64,000 bases of DNA from Clostridiaceae bacterium (GTDB lineage: Bacteria > Bacillota > Clostridia > Clostridiales > Caloramatoraceae). This document shows, in pieces, positions 36,557 through 47,342 of the stretch (positions within the stretch are counted from its first letter, which is position 1; each line of letters starts with the position of its first letter). The stretch lies in NCBI GenBank assembly GCA_032095175.1, contig DAMCZI010000006.1, positions 20,328 to 84,327 on the forward strand. The letters are read 5' to 3'. The notes beneath the pieces were generated by a model that was not told the DNA's origin, did no database searches, and worked only from the letters and a program-made list of their open reading frames with translations. The position numbers and the translations under genes were made by a program.

Positions 36557-37864
36557 TTAAGCTAGTTTTAAAGCTATAAAATTTACAATCGGTAGAATAT
36601 ATAAATAGAATAAATATGGCACACATGATGTGTCAGCCCTAAGGTTTGTCATTGGGACGAGTAAAGCTATATTCCATGGAATTAAAGCAGAGATGACTAT
36701 TGCTGTGTTTTCAAGATCAACAGCAAAGTTTAATTTATCTATTTTATTCTTTTCATATACCTTTTTATTAAGCATATGGGTTATTATAACTGCAAGTACC
36801 TGACTACATGCAAATAAAGCAGAAATAATACTAGTAATTGTTATGTTTCTATAAACCTCATATCTTGAATTTGCATTTATAGTCTCAAATCTTTTTAGCA
36901 TATTTGTACCCTCAAATATACCGGATAGAGCAGATGATATTAATATAACCAGTGATGTTTTAAGCATTGAAAGAACTCCTCCACCCTTTATTATTGAGTA
37001 AAGAGGACTAGCCTTATCCATATTATACCCGTATATAATGAACCTTACTGAATCCAAGATTGTATTATGCTGTATAAAAATACTCAATAAAAAGGCTGTA
37101 ATTATGCTAATAACCATGGATGTTTTAACATTTACCTTAAAAACAGCAAAAACGATAATAATAAAAGCAGGAATTAAAGCAATAATACTTATATTAAAAG
37201 CTTTAGCTATTTCATTGTTTATGCTACTCGATATATTTCCAAGTGGAAATCTGAATGACACAAGTGTATAAAGGATAATCGAAATAAAAAAAGGAACAAT
37301 GGATGTTTTAATCATATTTTTTATATTTTCATAGATATTCGTTTCTGTAAGATGGGCAATAAGACTTGCACTTGAAGACATTGGGGAACACCTGTCTCCA
37401 AAATATGCTCCAGCAATAATCGCTCCTGCTGTTGCGGCAATACTCACACCGCCACTCCTTGCAATAACCATAAGCGCTATTCCTACAGTTCCCACAGTTC
37501 CAAAGGATGTTCCAATTAAAGTTGAAACACAGCAGCTTATTATAAAGGTTGATAATATAAATAAATTAGGATTTATAAGCTTTATCCCATAATAAACTAT
37601 TGCAGATACAGTACCAGATGCCATCCATATGGCAGTAATAGTGCCAATAAGTATAAAAATTTCTATAACTATGAAAGCTTTTTTACCTCCATTACAGGCC
37701 ATCCCTAAAACATCCTTTAAACTATATCCCCTTCGTACTGCTGCTATAAAAAACAGCACAAAGCTTATCATCAACGGATATGCAGGGAATATTCCCCTAA
37801 AGGCACTTAAGATCAAAAGAAAAAATGAAATAATGAAAGCAACGATCAATTCCATAATAATCAC
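36557..37864 (-). CDS. NhaC-family Na+/H+ antiporter
   Basis: ~12 TM helices with NhaC-like loop signatures. Confidence 0.75.
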   Translation of the reverse strand: MIIMELIVAFIISFFLLILSAFRGIFPAYPLMISFVLFFIAAVRRGYSLKDVLGMACNGGKKAFIVIEIFILIGTITAIWMASGTVSAIVYYGIKLINPNLFILSTFIISCCVSTLIGTSFGTVGTVGIALMVIARSGGVSIAATAGAIIAGAYFGDRCSPMSSSASLIAHLTETNIYENIKNMIKTSIVPFFISIILYTLVSFRFPLGNISSSINNEIAKAFNISIIALIPAFIIIVFAVFKVNVKTSMVISIITAFLLSIFIQHNTILDSVRFIIYGYNMDKASPLYSIIKGGGVLSMLKTSLVILISSALSGIFEGTNMLKRFETINANSRYEVYRNITITSIISALFACSQVLAVIITHMLNKKVYEKNKIDKLNFAVDLENTAIVISALIPWNIALLVPMTNLRADTSCVPYLFYLYILPIVNFIALKLA

Positions 37865-38045
37865 CTATCCATCTTAATTTATTACGTAAACTGCTTTTTT
37901 CTTACTACATTACAAAACTGTAAGCTACAATTGCTTTATTGTAAGGTTATTAGATATATTAATATAATATTTTCATATATAATTAAATTATAAACTCAAG
38001 TAATAGCACTGAATTTAGAATGATATGTTTAATAAGGAAATAATT

Positions 38046-38166
38046 CTTTATACTAATCGCACTAAAGATTTTAATTGGGTAATGTGCAATTAGTAAATCA
38101 AGGAATATGATTTCACATAAATGTTCAGGTCGAGTAATGTAGAATCATTTGCGTGAAACATATCAA
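38046..38166. repeat. RepA-family repeat, copy E (inverted, complete)
   Basis: reverse complement aligns over the full ~120 bp of the consensus; overlaps the 5' end of the track ORF 38149. Confidence 0.65.
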
Positions 38167-38247
38167 TTAATTTATAATTATGACAGTTATTTTTATATAA
38201 ATCAAATAAATTTTGCTGCTACAGCTTTTGCAGAAGGGAGAACTTCC

Positions 38248-38937
38248 ATGAAAAAAAATACATTAATTAAAATAATTATTTTCGCTGCAGTAACAGCAGT
38301 ATTGGTATACATATTTCATACCAGCAATACATATATTTGCATGAGAAAAATGTTTCATTCAACTGAAGCCATAAAAAAGTTTATTCTATCCAAGGGTGCT
38401 TTAGCCCCATTAGCTTTTTTTATAATACAAGTATCACAGGTTATAATATCACCAATACCAGGAACCTTTACTTCACTGGCAGGTGCTGCAGTTTTTGGTT
38501 GTCTTAACTCATTCCTATTAAGTGGTCCTGCCATAATTCTAGGCTCTTTACTTGCTTTTTTCCTTGCACGTATTTTCGGAAGAAAGCTGGTTATAAAGCT
38601 TATTGGAGAATCAATATTTAATAAATATGAAAATATATTTGCTAAAAACTTTGTTGTCACCCTTTTTCTCCTTTACCTGGTGCCTTTTTTACCCGATGAT
38701 GCGATATGCTTTCTTGCAGGTTTATCTAAAATTCCTTTAAGACTTTATGTTTTGATTCTTATAATTGGTAGATTACCAAGTGTTATAATAACCTCTATTA
38801 CAGGTTCAAATGTACTTAATCTATCATTAAATCAATGGATAATCCTAGGCATACTATCCCTGTTTGGAGTTTTAATTTATCTCCGCTACCGAAAATCCAT
38901 TGAAGCATTTATTAATTCCAAACTTGGGCTTGAATAG
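38248..38937 (+). CDS. DedA/TVP38/TMEM64-family membrane protein
   Basis: signature LYLVPFLPDDAICFLAGL; real start ATG 38248 with RBS gaagggag (the track ORF begins inside the RepA repeat). Confidence 0.8.
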   Translation: MKKNTLIKIIIFAAVTAVLVYIFHTSNTYICMRKMFHSTEAIKKFILSKGALAPLAFFIIQVSQVIISPIPGTFTSLAGAAVFGCLNSFLLSGPAIILGSLLAFFLARIFGRKLVIKLIGESIFNKYENIFAKNFVVTLFLLYLVPFLPDDAICFLAGLSKIPLRLYVLILIIGRLPSVIITSITGSNVLNLSLNQWIILGILSLFGVLIYLRYRKSIEAFINSKLGLE

Positions 38938-38968
38938 ATGTAGAAACATTTATTCGAAACATATCTAT

Positions 38969-39014
38969 AAAAGGTATGAAATTTAGATTTAATATCTAAA
39001 CTTCATACCTTTTA
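38969..39014. terminator. bidirectional terminator hairpin aaaaggtatgaa...ttcatacctttt
   Basis: read directly. Confidence 0.6.
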
Positions 39015-39018
39015 TATA

Positions 39019-40896
39019 TTAGCTGGCCTGATCAGCCTCAAACTGACTGTAATATAGGTTAGCATAGAAGCCATTCTTTTCTAATAGCTCCTTATGAGTT
39101 CCCTGTTCAACAATATCTCCGTGATTCATAACGAGGATTAAATCTGCATCACGTATTGTAGATAAACGGTGAGCAATTATAAAGCTTGTGCGATTCTCCA
39201 TAAGGTTGTTCATTGCTTTTTTAATCTGCATCTCAGTACGAGTATCTATGGAGCTTGTTGCCTCATCAAGAATTAGTATCTTAGGATCCTTAAGTATTGC
39301 CCTTGCAATGGTAAGCAGCTGTTTTTGACCCTGGGATACGTTTGATGCTTCTTCATTAAGTACCATATTATATCCATCCGGAAGCGTACGTACAAAGCTG
39401 TCAACATGGGCTGCCTTTGCTGCAGCTATAACCTCTTCATCAGATGCATCAAGACGACCATAACGTAAATTCTCCATTATAGTACCATTATATAGCCATG
39501 TATCCTGCAAAACCATACCGAACATTGAACGCAGGTCATTTCGAGTAAATTCCTTTATATCATGGCCATCAACAAGTATTGCTCCTTCATTTACATCATA
39601 AAAGCGCATTAAAAGCTTAACCATAGTTGTCTTTCCTGCACCAGTAGGTCCAACAATAGCAACCTTTTGACCTGGCTTAACCATTGCAGAAAAATCATTT
39701 ATTACTATTTTATCTGGATTGTATCCAAAGTGAACATTCTTAAACTCAACACTTCCCTCTACTGTTTCAAGCTTTACAGGGTTTTTAGCTTCAGGGATTT
39801 CTTCTTCCTCTGCAAGGAATTCAAATACACGTTCTGCAGAAGCTGCAGTTTGCTGAAGCACATTAGATATATTTGCAATCTGTGCAATTGGCTGTGTAAA
39901 TGAACGCATGTATTGAATGAAGGCTTGAATATCTCCAACCTCTATAGTCTTTTTAACAGCAAGCCATCCGCCTAAAACGGACACAGCAACAAAACCAATA
40001 TTGCCTACAAAGGTCATAATAGGCATCATCATGCCGGAAAGGAACTGAGATTTCCATGCAACACCATAAAGCTGGTTGTTGTATTCATCAAACTTCTCAA
40101 CACTTTTTTCCTCTCCATTAAATGCCTTAACTACAGTGTGTCCACCATACATTTCTTCAACATGGCCATTTACATGACCTAAATAAACCTGCTGCTCCTT
40201 AAAGTACTTCTGAGAGCGTTTTACTACAAGTATTATAAATATCATGGATATAGGAATTATTAATAGTGCCACCAGTGTCATCATCCAGCTAATGCTGAAC
40301 ATCATAACCAAAACTCCAATTACTGTTGTAACTGATGTAATAATTTGAGTCATGCTCTGGTTAAGGGTCTGGCTTACTGTATCAACATCATTAGTAACAC
40401 GGGATAATACCTCTCCATGGTTCGTACCTTCAAAGTACTTTAGAGGCATACGGTTAATCTTTTCTGATATTTCCTTTCTAAAGTTATAGCTTACCTTCAT
40501 AGAAACACTGGACATAATCCAGCCTTGAACATAACTGAATAATGCACTTATTAAATACAAGGCTGCTAGAAGCAGAATTATTCTTCCTATATAGTTAAAA
40601 TCTATTCCACCACCAGTACCAGAAATTTTACCCATTATACCCTCAAATAACTTTGTAGTAACTTTACCTAATATTTTAGGGCCTACTATGGAGAATACAG
40701 CACTGGCTGCTGCGAATAAAATCACAACCATTATAGATATTTTGTATACACTTAAGTAGCTAATCAGTTTTTTCATTGTCCCTTTAAAGTCACGGGCCTT
40801 TTCACCACCCTGCATCATGCCTCCTGGTCCATGTCCCATTCCCCCACGTCCCCTGGGCTGCTTATGTTTTAATTCTTTATTTTCATGCTCACTCAT
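39019..40896 (-). CDS. ABC exporter, fused permease-ATPase (heterodimeric multidrug-type, second subunit)
   Basis: 6 TM helices plus NBD (GPTGAGKTT, LSQGQKQLLTIARA, ILILDEATS). Confidence 0.85.
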   Translation of the reverse strand: MSEHENKELKHKQPRGRGGMGHGPGGMMQGGEKARDFKGTMKKLISYLSVYKISIMVVILFAAASAVFSIVGPKILGKVTTKLFEGIMGKISGTGGGIDFNYIGRIILLLAALYLISALFSYVQGWIMSSVSMKVSYNFRKEISEKINRMPLKYFEGTNHGEVLSRVTNDVDTVSQTLNQSMTQIITSVTTVIGVLVMMFSISWMMTLVALLIIPISMIFIILVVKRSQKYFKEQQVYLGHVNGHVEEMYGGHTVVKAFNGEEKSVEKFDEYNNQLYGVAWKSQFLSGMMMPIMTFVGNIGFVAVSVLGGWLAVKKTIEVGDIQAFIQYMRSFTQPIAQIANISNVLQQTAASAERVFEFLAEEEEIPEAKNPVKLETVEGSVEFKNVHFGYNPDKIVINDFSAMVKPGQKVAIVGPTGAGKTTMVKLLMRFYDVNEGAILVDGHDIKEFTRNDLRSMFGMVLQDTWLYNGTIMENLRYGRLDASDEEVIAAAKAAHVDSFVRTLPDGYNMVLNEEASNVSQGQKQLLTIARAILKDPKILILDEATSSIDTRTEMQIKKAMNNLMENRTSFIIAHRLSTIRDADLILVMNHGDIVEQGTHKELLEKNGFYANLYYSQFEADQAS

Positions 40897-43130
40897 GCTA
40901 GTTCCTCCTTTGAGAGCTGTGATAAAGCAATTTCTTGATAGGTTTCACAATTTTCCATAAGCTCTTTATGGGTGCCTACGCCAACTATTTTGCCATCATC
41001 AAGAACTATTATTTGCTCTGCATTCATAATTGTTGAAATACGCTGTGCAACAATGAGCACTGTGCCAGTAACTGTATAGTCTTTCAAGGCTTTTCTAAGG
41101 GCTGCATCTGTTTTAAAATCAAGGGCTGAGAAGCTGTCATCAAAGATATATATTTCCGGCTTCTTTATAAGGGCACGGGCAATTGATAATCTCTGCTTCT
41201 GTCCTCCAGATACATTTGTTCCGCCTTGGGAAATTTCCCTTTCAAATCTTTCAGGCTTTTCATTTATAAACTCCATTGCCTGGGCAACTTCAGCAGATTT
41301 TTCTATATCATCAGCCCCTGCATTTTCATCACCATATTTTAGATTGGATTCAATTGTTCCACTGAATAATGATGCTTTCTGTGGAATATAGCCAATTTTG
41401 CTTCTAAGTTCCTTCTGCATAACCTCTCTTACATCTACCCCGTCTATGAGTACCTGACCATCTGTTACATCATAGAAACGAGGAATCAGGTTAATCAATG
41501 TTGTTTTTCCAGAACCTGTAGATCCAATAAAGGCTGTAGTCTGACCTGGTAGTGCTGTAAAGTTTATATTATTCAATACATTCTCCTCTGCACCTGGATA
41601 CTTAAAGGATACATCTTTAAACTCCAGCACACCCTTTTGATTTTCATCAAACATCTTAGGTTCTTTTGGATCAATAATTGTAGGCTCAGTCTCTAAAACC
41701 TCAGCAATACGCTGTGCTGATACTGATGCTCTTGGTATCATGATAAACATAAGTGAAAGCATTAAAAATGACATTAATATCTGCATTGCATACTGCATAA
41801 ATGCCATCATGTCACCTACCTGCATGCTTGAGCTTTCAATCTGATGTGCACCAACCCAAACTATAAGCAGTGTAACACCATTCATTATAAGCATCATAGC
41901 TGGCATCATAAACACTATAACTCGGTTAACAAAAAGGTTTGTACTTGTAAGGTCTTTGTTCGCTTTATCAAAACGATCTTCCTCAAATTTTTGAGTATTA
42001 AAGGCTCTTATAACCATCATACCCGAAAGGTTTTCACGGGTAACAAGATTTAACCTGTCAATAAGCTTTTGTACTATCTTAAACTTTGGCATTGCCAATG
42101 AAAATACAGTGAGTATTAATCCTAGGAGCACTATAACTGCAACTGCAATAATCCATGACATTGATGTGCTTTTGCCAATAGCCCTTATTACTCCACCAAC
42201 ACCCATTATTGGTGCATAGAACACCATTCTTATCATAATTATAATAAGCATCTGTATCTGGGTAATATCATTTGTAGTTCTTGTTATAAGTGAAGCTGTT
42301 GAGAATTTATCAAACTCTGCATTTGAAAAGCTCTCAACCTTATTAAAAATATTTTTACGCAAATCTTTTGACAAGCCTGCTGCAGATTTTGATGCTAAAA
42401 ATCCAACAGCAACAGTACATGCTGCAGCTAAAAGGGATATTAAAAGCATAAGCATTCCTGTATTTATAATATATCTACTTTGTATTTTATCTGTATTCAC
42501 ACCCAATTGGGCATACTCAGCTTTAACTGAACCAACAGCAGCTTGAGTAATCATTTTATCACCTAATGCTGCAAACTTCTTGTCCATGGAGTCAGTTATC
42601 TTAGAAACCTCTTCATAGGGAAGCTTAGCTATAACTGCAAAAAGATCAGTGTTTGCAGGTATTTTCATTCCATTAAAGTCAATTACTCCACCCTTTGCAT
42701 TCTCCTTTGCCTTTTCAACTCCTGAAACTGCAAGAAAAGCTTTTCCCATCACAGGGTTCATATTATCAATTTGTGTTTTATCAACATCCTTAAGGATATA
42801 AACAGGCTCCTTTGCCAGGTTTGGATAATCCTTAACATACTTATCATAGTCTGGACTTGATTTATCCACTAATGTGTAATTTTCTATAATCTCCTTTTTT
42901 TGTTCTGGACTCATAAACAATGTGAGTTTATCCATTTTACTTTGTCTTACTGCCTTAGGAACTGCATTTTCAATACCACCCTGTTGTATTCCCTTGTTAA
43001 CGATGTTTGACATGTAATCTGGCAGTGAAAGGTCACACATTGCCTGGACAAATAGCAGTATTATCGCAGCCATTATCATTGCAGTAAACGGTTTTAGGTA
43101 CTTTGCTAGTTTAAACATTATCGCATTCAC
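40893..43130 (-). CDS. ABC exporter, fused permease-ATPase (first subunit, with a long extracytoplasmic insertion)
   Basis: NBD motifs GSTGSGKTT, VSGGQKQRLSIARA, IYIFDDSFSALD. Confidence 0.85.
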   Translation of the reverse strand: MNAIMFKLAKYLKPFTAMIMAAIILLFVQAMCDLSLPDYMSNIVNKGIQQGGIENAVPKAVRQSKMDKLTLFMSPEQKKEIIENYTLVDKSSPDYDKYVKDYPNLAKEPVYILKDVDKTQIDNMNPVMGKAFLAVSGVEKAKENAKGGVIDFNGMKIPANTDLFAVIAKLPYEEVSKITDSMDKKFAALGDKMITQAAVGSVKAEYAQLGVNTDKIQSRYIINTGMLMLLISLLAAACTVAVGFLASKSAAGLSKDLRKNIFNKVESFSNAEFDKFSTASLITRTTNDITQIQMLIIIMIRMVFYAPIMGVGGVIRAIGKSTSMSWIIAVAVIVLLGLILTVFSLAMPKFKIVQKLIDRLNLVTRENLSGMMVIRAFNTQKFEEDRFDKANKDLTSTNLFVNRVIVFMMPAMMLIMNGVTLLIVWVGAHQIESSSMQVGDMMAFMQYAMQILMSFLMLSLMFIMIPRASVSAQRIAEVLETEPTIIDPKEPKMFDENQKGVLEFKDVSFKYPGAEENVLNNINFTALPGQTTAFIGSTGSGKTTLINLIPRFYDVTDGQVLIDGVDVREVMQKELRSKIGYIPQKASLFSGTIESNLKYGDENAGADDIEKSAEVAQAMEFINEKPERFEREISQGGTNVSGGQKQRLSIARALIKKPEIYIFDDSFSALDFKTDAALRKALKDYTVTGTVLIVAQRISTIMNAEQIIVLDDGKIVGVGTHKELMENCETYQEIALSQLSKEELA

Positions 43131-43176
43131 TCCTTACTCAATAACGATATATTAACACTGTGAAAACTCTCACATC

Positions 43177-43623
43177 CTACTTTGGGACACAGGATAATTT
43201 ATTCAAATTATCTTTCATATGCATAAGTAGTTTTTTTAATAACTCTTGTTCTTCCTGTGTAAAATTTTCAAAGCATCCCTTTTCTAAATTATTCACTATA
43301 CTCTTTACTTGCTCACAAACTTCTTTTCCTTTCTCTTTAATATATACCCTTGAAACTCTTTGATCCTCCAAGTCTGCTTTGCGCTCAACCAAGCCAACCT
43401 TTTCCATTCTGCTTATCATAACAGTTATAGTTGCAGGCTTAATTTTTATCCTTTCAGCCAATTCCCTCTGGCTTTGACCGTCCTTCTCAACTAAAGCAAA
43501 AAGCATATGGGGCTGACCTGGATACAGACCTACATCATTTAGCAAATTATACATGCAATGATAGTGAACCCTTATCACATCAACAAAAGCCCCATAAAGA
43601 GAATCATGATTGAAACAAGTCAT
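43177..43623 (-). CDS. MarR-family transcriptional regulator
   Basis: wHTH (QPHMLFALVEKDGQSQRELAERIKIKPATITVMISRMEKVGLVERKADLEDQRVSRVYI). Confidence 0.85.
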   Translation of the reverse strand: MTCFNHDSLYGAFVDVIRVHYHCMYNLLNDVGLYPGQPHMLFALVEKDGQSQRELAERIKIKPATITVMISRMEKVGLVERKADLEDQRVSRVYIKEKGKEVCEQVKSIVNNLEKGCFENFTQEEQELLKKLLMHMKDNLNKLSCVPK

Positions 43624-43853
43624 TAAATCACCCCTAATTTAGTTAGTCGACTAATAATATTTTAAATGTTACCACCTCATATTGCAATAGTCAATATATA
43701 AAATAGTTCATATAATGTTTTCCTTTCTTAAGGCGTATTAATGCATTTATGCTTCTATTTACAGTAATATTTGCTTTTATTTCTAAAATATGTATAATGT
43801 TAATAACATCTTATTTTGTTATATATATACATATTTAAAAGGAGGGTATACTT

Positions 43854-45869
43854 TTGAATATTAAAGAACATATGAAAAATGTGGTAAAAGATAAACTAGA
43901 TGCCTATAAATTTAATAAGCAGTACGACAGAACCCAAAACATTCTTAGAGATAATATTAGACACAACGCTCAAACAATGTTTAATCCTAGTTCTTTATCA
44001 TGGATATTAGTTACAGCGACATTCTTCTTGCAGCTTATTTCCTTATCCACAACATATTCAGGCAGCAAGGTATATTTTGGAGGTATAAATCTTCCATTTG
44101 GTCTAAGCGCCCCCTTTCTTTTTTCTATTTCAATTCAAACAATAGTTTTTTCACTAAGCAACTACTTGAGAAAAAATTATAGAATATGGACCATATTCAT
44201 TTTACTTCTTTCATCGCTGTGTTCAACCTACTTTTCCTACATAGGTATATATAACTATATAAACTCTCCAATTGCATACCTTGAAGAAAGATATAATCAA
44301 ATATATCATAATATGTCCGACAAATATAAAATTACCATCGATAACTCAAATACTGAAATGAAGGAATGTGTTTTTGACATTACAAGTAAAATTCAAAAAG
44401 AATATTCAAGGTTATTAAAGGAAAATGATAGCTACACCAAGTTAAGTAACCAATTATCCAAGCTTCAAGTTTCCAATAATATAATAAAGCCAAATATAAA
44501 AGGTGTATCAAAACCGAACATTAGCAGCTATGGTAAGAACCTGGATAAATATTACGAGGATATGGCTAGATATAATGCTGCTATATCAAATATTATTGGA
44601 CAAACAACCCAACAAAATGCCTCTCTACAGTCATCAATTTATGAAAATAAAGCCAAAAGTCTTTTAGGCGGAAAATCCTTGGACGAATTTACAAAAGAGC
44701 ATATAGATTTACAATCCAACAAAGAACTAATTGATAATGTTATATCCTCACTGCACAGCCAAATATCTCAAAATGGCCAGATACCATTTGACAAAAAAAT
44801 AATCGAGCTTCAGCAGTACTGTATAAATTATATAACCTCAAATTCTGGTGAAAGCAATACCTTTAACACAATACTGACAAATATGTACACTATCTATTCT
44901 AGTGTTACTTCATCAGATGCTCCTGAGAGCTTCTATAATACCTTAAACTCCTTTATAACTCTAGGCAGCCATAATCAAACTTTCATGAAAGACTTAAATA
45001 CTGTAAAACAAGAAGTATATGTTGAAAATTACAACAAAGAGCCTAATGGAGATATTTCTTTGAAACTAACTGATACATTACTACTTTATTCAAAGCTTCA
45101 ATCAGAAATAAAAAATGGAGCATACATACTTAATTCTATTTCTCCAACTGGAACTATTATTGATTTGAATAATCAGGAATTTGTACTTGAAAATATGTAC
45201 ATACTCCCAATTAAAAATTTATTTAAGAGGACAAATTCCTTAGGTATCGCTTGGTTCTGTTTTGCATTTGCAGCTTTAATAGATGGACTCACCATTCTTT
45301 TTGCACTAATGCATAGGGAAAATACCAAAATGCTGCTTGCAAATAACAATAACGAAATAGTAAAAAACAGTGAGAACTTAACGGAAGAATTATTATTATC
45401 ATCCTTGGCCTTTCATCCTGTTAGTGATGAAAGCAAAAGCTCTACTCATTTATCTCTTGAGCATTTAGCCAAGTTTATAAAATCCTTTGAAATAACAGAC
45501 ATAGGTATGGAGAATGGGTATTCTTTATATTGTCCTCTTGATAAATTAAAGGAATACCAGATTTTCCTATCCATACTTTGTCAATTTAATCTGGCAAAGA
45601 TTGTATCAAAGGAGAGCTTTTACATGCTGGAGGCAGCTCCAACAATCAGCGAATTTAAACAGCTTATAAAAAATCAGCCAGCTTTGGAAGTCCTTGATGA
45701 GGTAGCATCAACTACCTGGCAGAACAAAGCTGATTACTATGTATTGCTTAAAACAAAATTTATTATATGGGCAAATAAAAAATTTACAACAGCCTCCTCT
45801 AATAAGGAGCTTTCTAGCATAGTAACAAACATACTTAAAGATTTAGATCAATCTGATCATTTAAATTAA
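43854..45869 (+). CDS. large hypothetical membrane protein (671 aa; N-terminal TM bundle, long Asn/Ser/Lys-rich coiled region, central TM, C-terminal domain)
   Basis: no recognisable domain; very AT-rich codon usage. Confidence 0.5.
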   Translation: MNIKEHMKNVVKDKLDAYKFNKQYDRTQNILRDNIRHNAQTMFNPSSLSWILVTATFFLQLISLSTTYSGSKVYFGGINLPFGLSAPFLFSISIQTIVFSLSNYLRKNYRIWTIFILLLSSLCSTYFSYIGIYNYINSPIAYLEERYNQIYHNMSDKYKITIDNSNTEMKECVFDITSKIQKEYSRLLKENDSYTKLSNQLSKLQVSNNIIKPNIKGVSKPNISSYGKNLDKYYEDMARYNAAISNIIGQTTQQNASLQSSIYENKAKSLLGGKSLDEFTKEHIDLQSNKELIDNVISSLHSQISQNGQIPFDKKIIELQQYCINYITSNSGESNTFNTILTNMYTIYSSVTSSDAPESFYNTLNSFITLGSHNQTFMKDLNTVKQEVYVENYNKEPNGDISLKLTDTLLLYSKLQSEIKNGAYILNSISPTGTIIDLNNQEFVLENMYILPIKNLFKRTNSLGIAWFCFAFAALIDGLTILFALMHRENTKMLLANNNNEIVKNSENLTEELLLSSLAFHPVSDESKSSTHLSLEHLAKFIKSFEITDIGMENGYSLYCPLDKLKEYQIFLSILCQFNLAKIVSKESFYMLEAAPTISEFKQLIKNQPALEVLDEVASTTWQNKADYYVLLKTKFIIWANKKFTTASSNKELSSIVTNILKDLDQSDHLN

Positions 45870-45888
45870 GGTTAAAGGAAGTGATAGA

Positions 45889-46704
45889 ATGCTAATTGCA
45901 TTTTCATTTTTTACATTGATTATTATTCTTGCTATTTATAGAGTCATTAATAAAGAACGAAACATATCCCAAGAAAAGCCTTTATGGAAAAAGCTTGTTT
46001 ACTGGGAAACAATTCTGTTTCTCAGTATAGTTCTTAATGTTATAATGTACATTAATAATGCCTCTGTTTATAAATTATCAAGCTATATAAACAATGGTAT
46101 ATTGGATTTACTCATTTTTATAGTGTTTTCCTGTTCTATTATTCAATTGATTTCCCCTTCAATGTTTTCTGGAAAGGTTCATCATGGTATAAAAGCATTC
46201 TTTAAAAAACTCATGATTAAAGGCCCCACTAAGAAATCTTTTAATAATACCGAAAGCTTAAGTAATGCAAACAACTTAGTACATAATAAAGCAGATGTTT
46301 ATCCAATTGAAACCAACACAACCTGTACTAGTAATTTAAAGGAATTCCAGGAGAAATACTTTGAATTGTTTTTAAATACACTATGCATGTTATCATTTTC
46401 TTTTGTTATATTTATCAATATATTTTTTACCATTATGTCATCAATATATGGTTTTAATACCTTGGCAGCAGCTTCAAGCAGTGAATTTATAAAATATAAG
46501 CATATGCAAGAACAACTGGATTATATATCATGTGCTTTTCTTATTTTTACATTATCCATTGCAATAAGGCAAACATTATTCTATTTAATAAAACTTAGAA
46601 GCTGCACACAGCCTATAAATACAAATAAAGAACACAATTCAGCATCATACGAAAGATATATGCTCATTCAAAAGCGCCTTAACAAGTCCCATGAAAAGCT
46701 ATAG
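45889..46704 (+). CDS. hypothetical membrane protein (271 aa), operonic with 43854-45869
   Basis: RBS aaaggaag; 19-nt spacing from the upstream gene; 5-6 predicted TM helices. Confidence 0.5.
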   Translation: MLIAFSFFTLIIILAIYRVINKERNISQEKPLWKKLVYWETILFLSIVLNVIMYINNASVYKLSSYINNGILDLLIFIVFSCSIIQLISPSMFSGKVHHGIKAFFKKLMIKGPTKKSFNNTESLSNANNLVHNKADVYPIETNTTCTSNLKEFQEKYFELFLNTLCMLSFSFVIFINIFFTIMSSIYGFNTLAAASSSEFIKYKHMQEQLDYISCAFLIFTLSIAIRQTLFYLIKLRSCTQPINTNKEHNSASYERYMLIQKRLNKSHEKL

Positions 46705-46879
46705 ATATGAAAGTGCCAGGCATTGGAAAGGAGTTATCTCCTTCCCTCAACCCTGACCTCTCTCCTTGGAAGCTTATTTACATATGTTATTGACTTTTTC
46801 CCTTGAGCACAATACATAGAGGTAGATGCTATGCAGCAAGCAAAGCTTATAGATGAGCTTTTAGTTAGGATTCTCCTTC

Positions 46880-47341
46880 TTAAAGCTGATTAAGAAGGTT
46901 TGCCATTTCTATAGCAGTTACTGCTGCATCATATCCCTTATTTCCAGCCTTTGTTCCTGCTCTTTCTATTGCCTGCTCAATAGTATCCGTAGTTAGCACT
47001 CCAAATATAACAGGTATTTCTGTATCAAGAGATACGCTGGCTATACCCTTTGATACTTCATTAGATACATAGTCAAAATGTGGTGTAGCACCTCTTATAA
47101 CAGCACCAAGACAAATCACACCGTCATACTTTTTTGTTTTTGCCATTTTTTTAGCTACAAGAGGTATCTCAAAGGCTCCCGGCACCCATGCAATTTCAAC
47201 ATTATCCTCTTCTACCCCATGTCTCTTTAGAGCATCAATAGCTCCTACCAGAAGCTTTCCTCCTATAAACTCATTAAATCTTCCAACAACTATACCAAAC
47301 CTTAACCCTTCAGCAACTAAATTTCCTTCAAATGTTCTCAT
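46880..47341 (-). CDS. ribH: 6,7-dimethyl-8-ribityllumazine synthase
   Basis: [23 protein letters not shown]; last gene of the rib operon. Confidence 0.9.
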   Translation of the reverse strand: MRTFEGNLVAEGLRFGIVVGRFNEFIGGKLLVGAIDALKRHGVEEDNVEIAWVPGAFEIPLVAKKMAKTKKYDGVICLGAVIRGATPHFDYVSNEVSKGIASVSLDTEIPVIFGVLTTDTIEQAIERAGTKAGNKGYDAAVTAIEMANLLNQL

Positions 47342-47342
47342 T

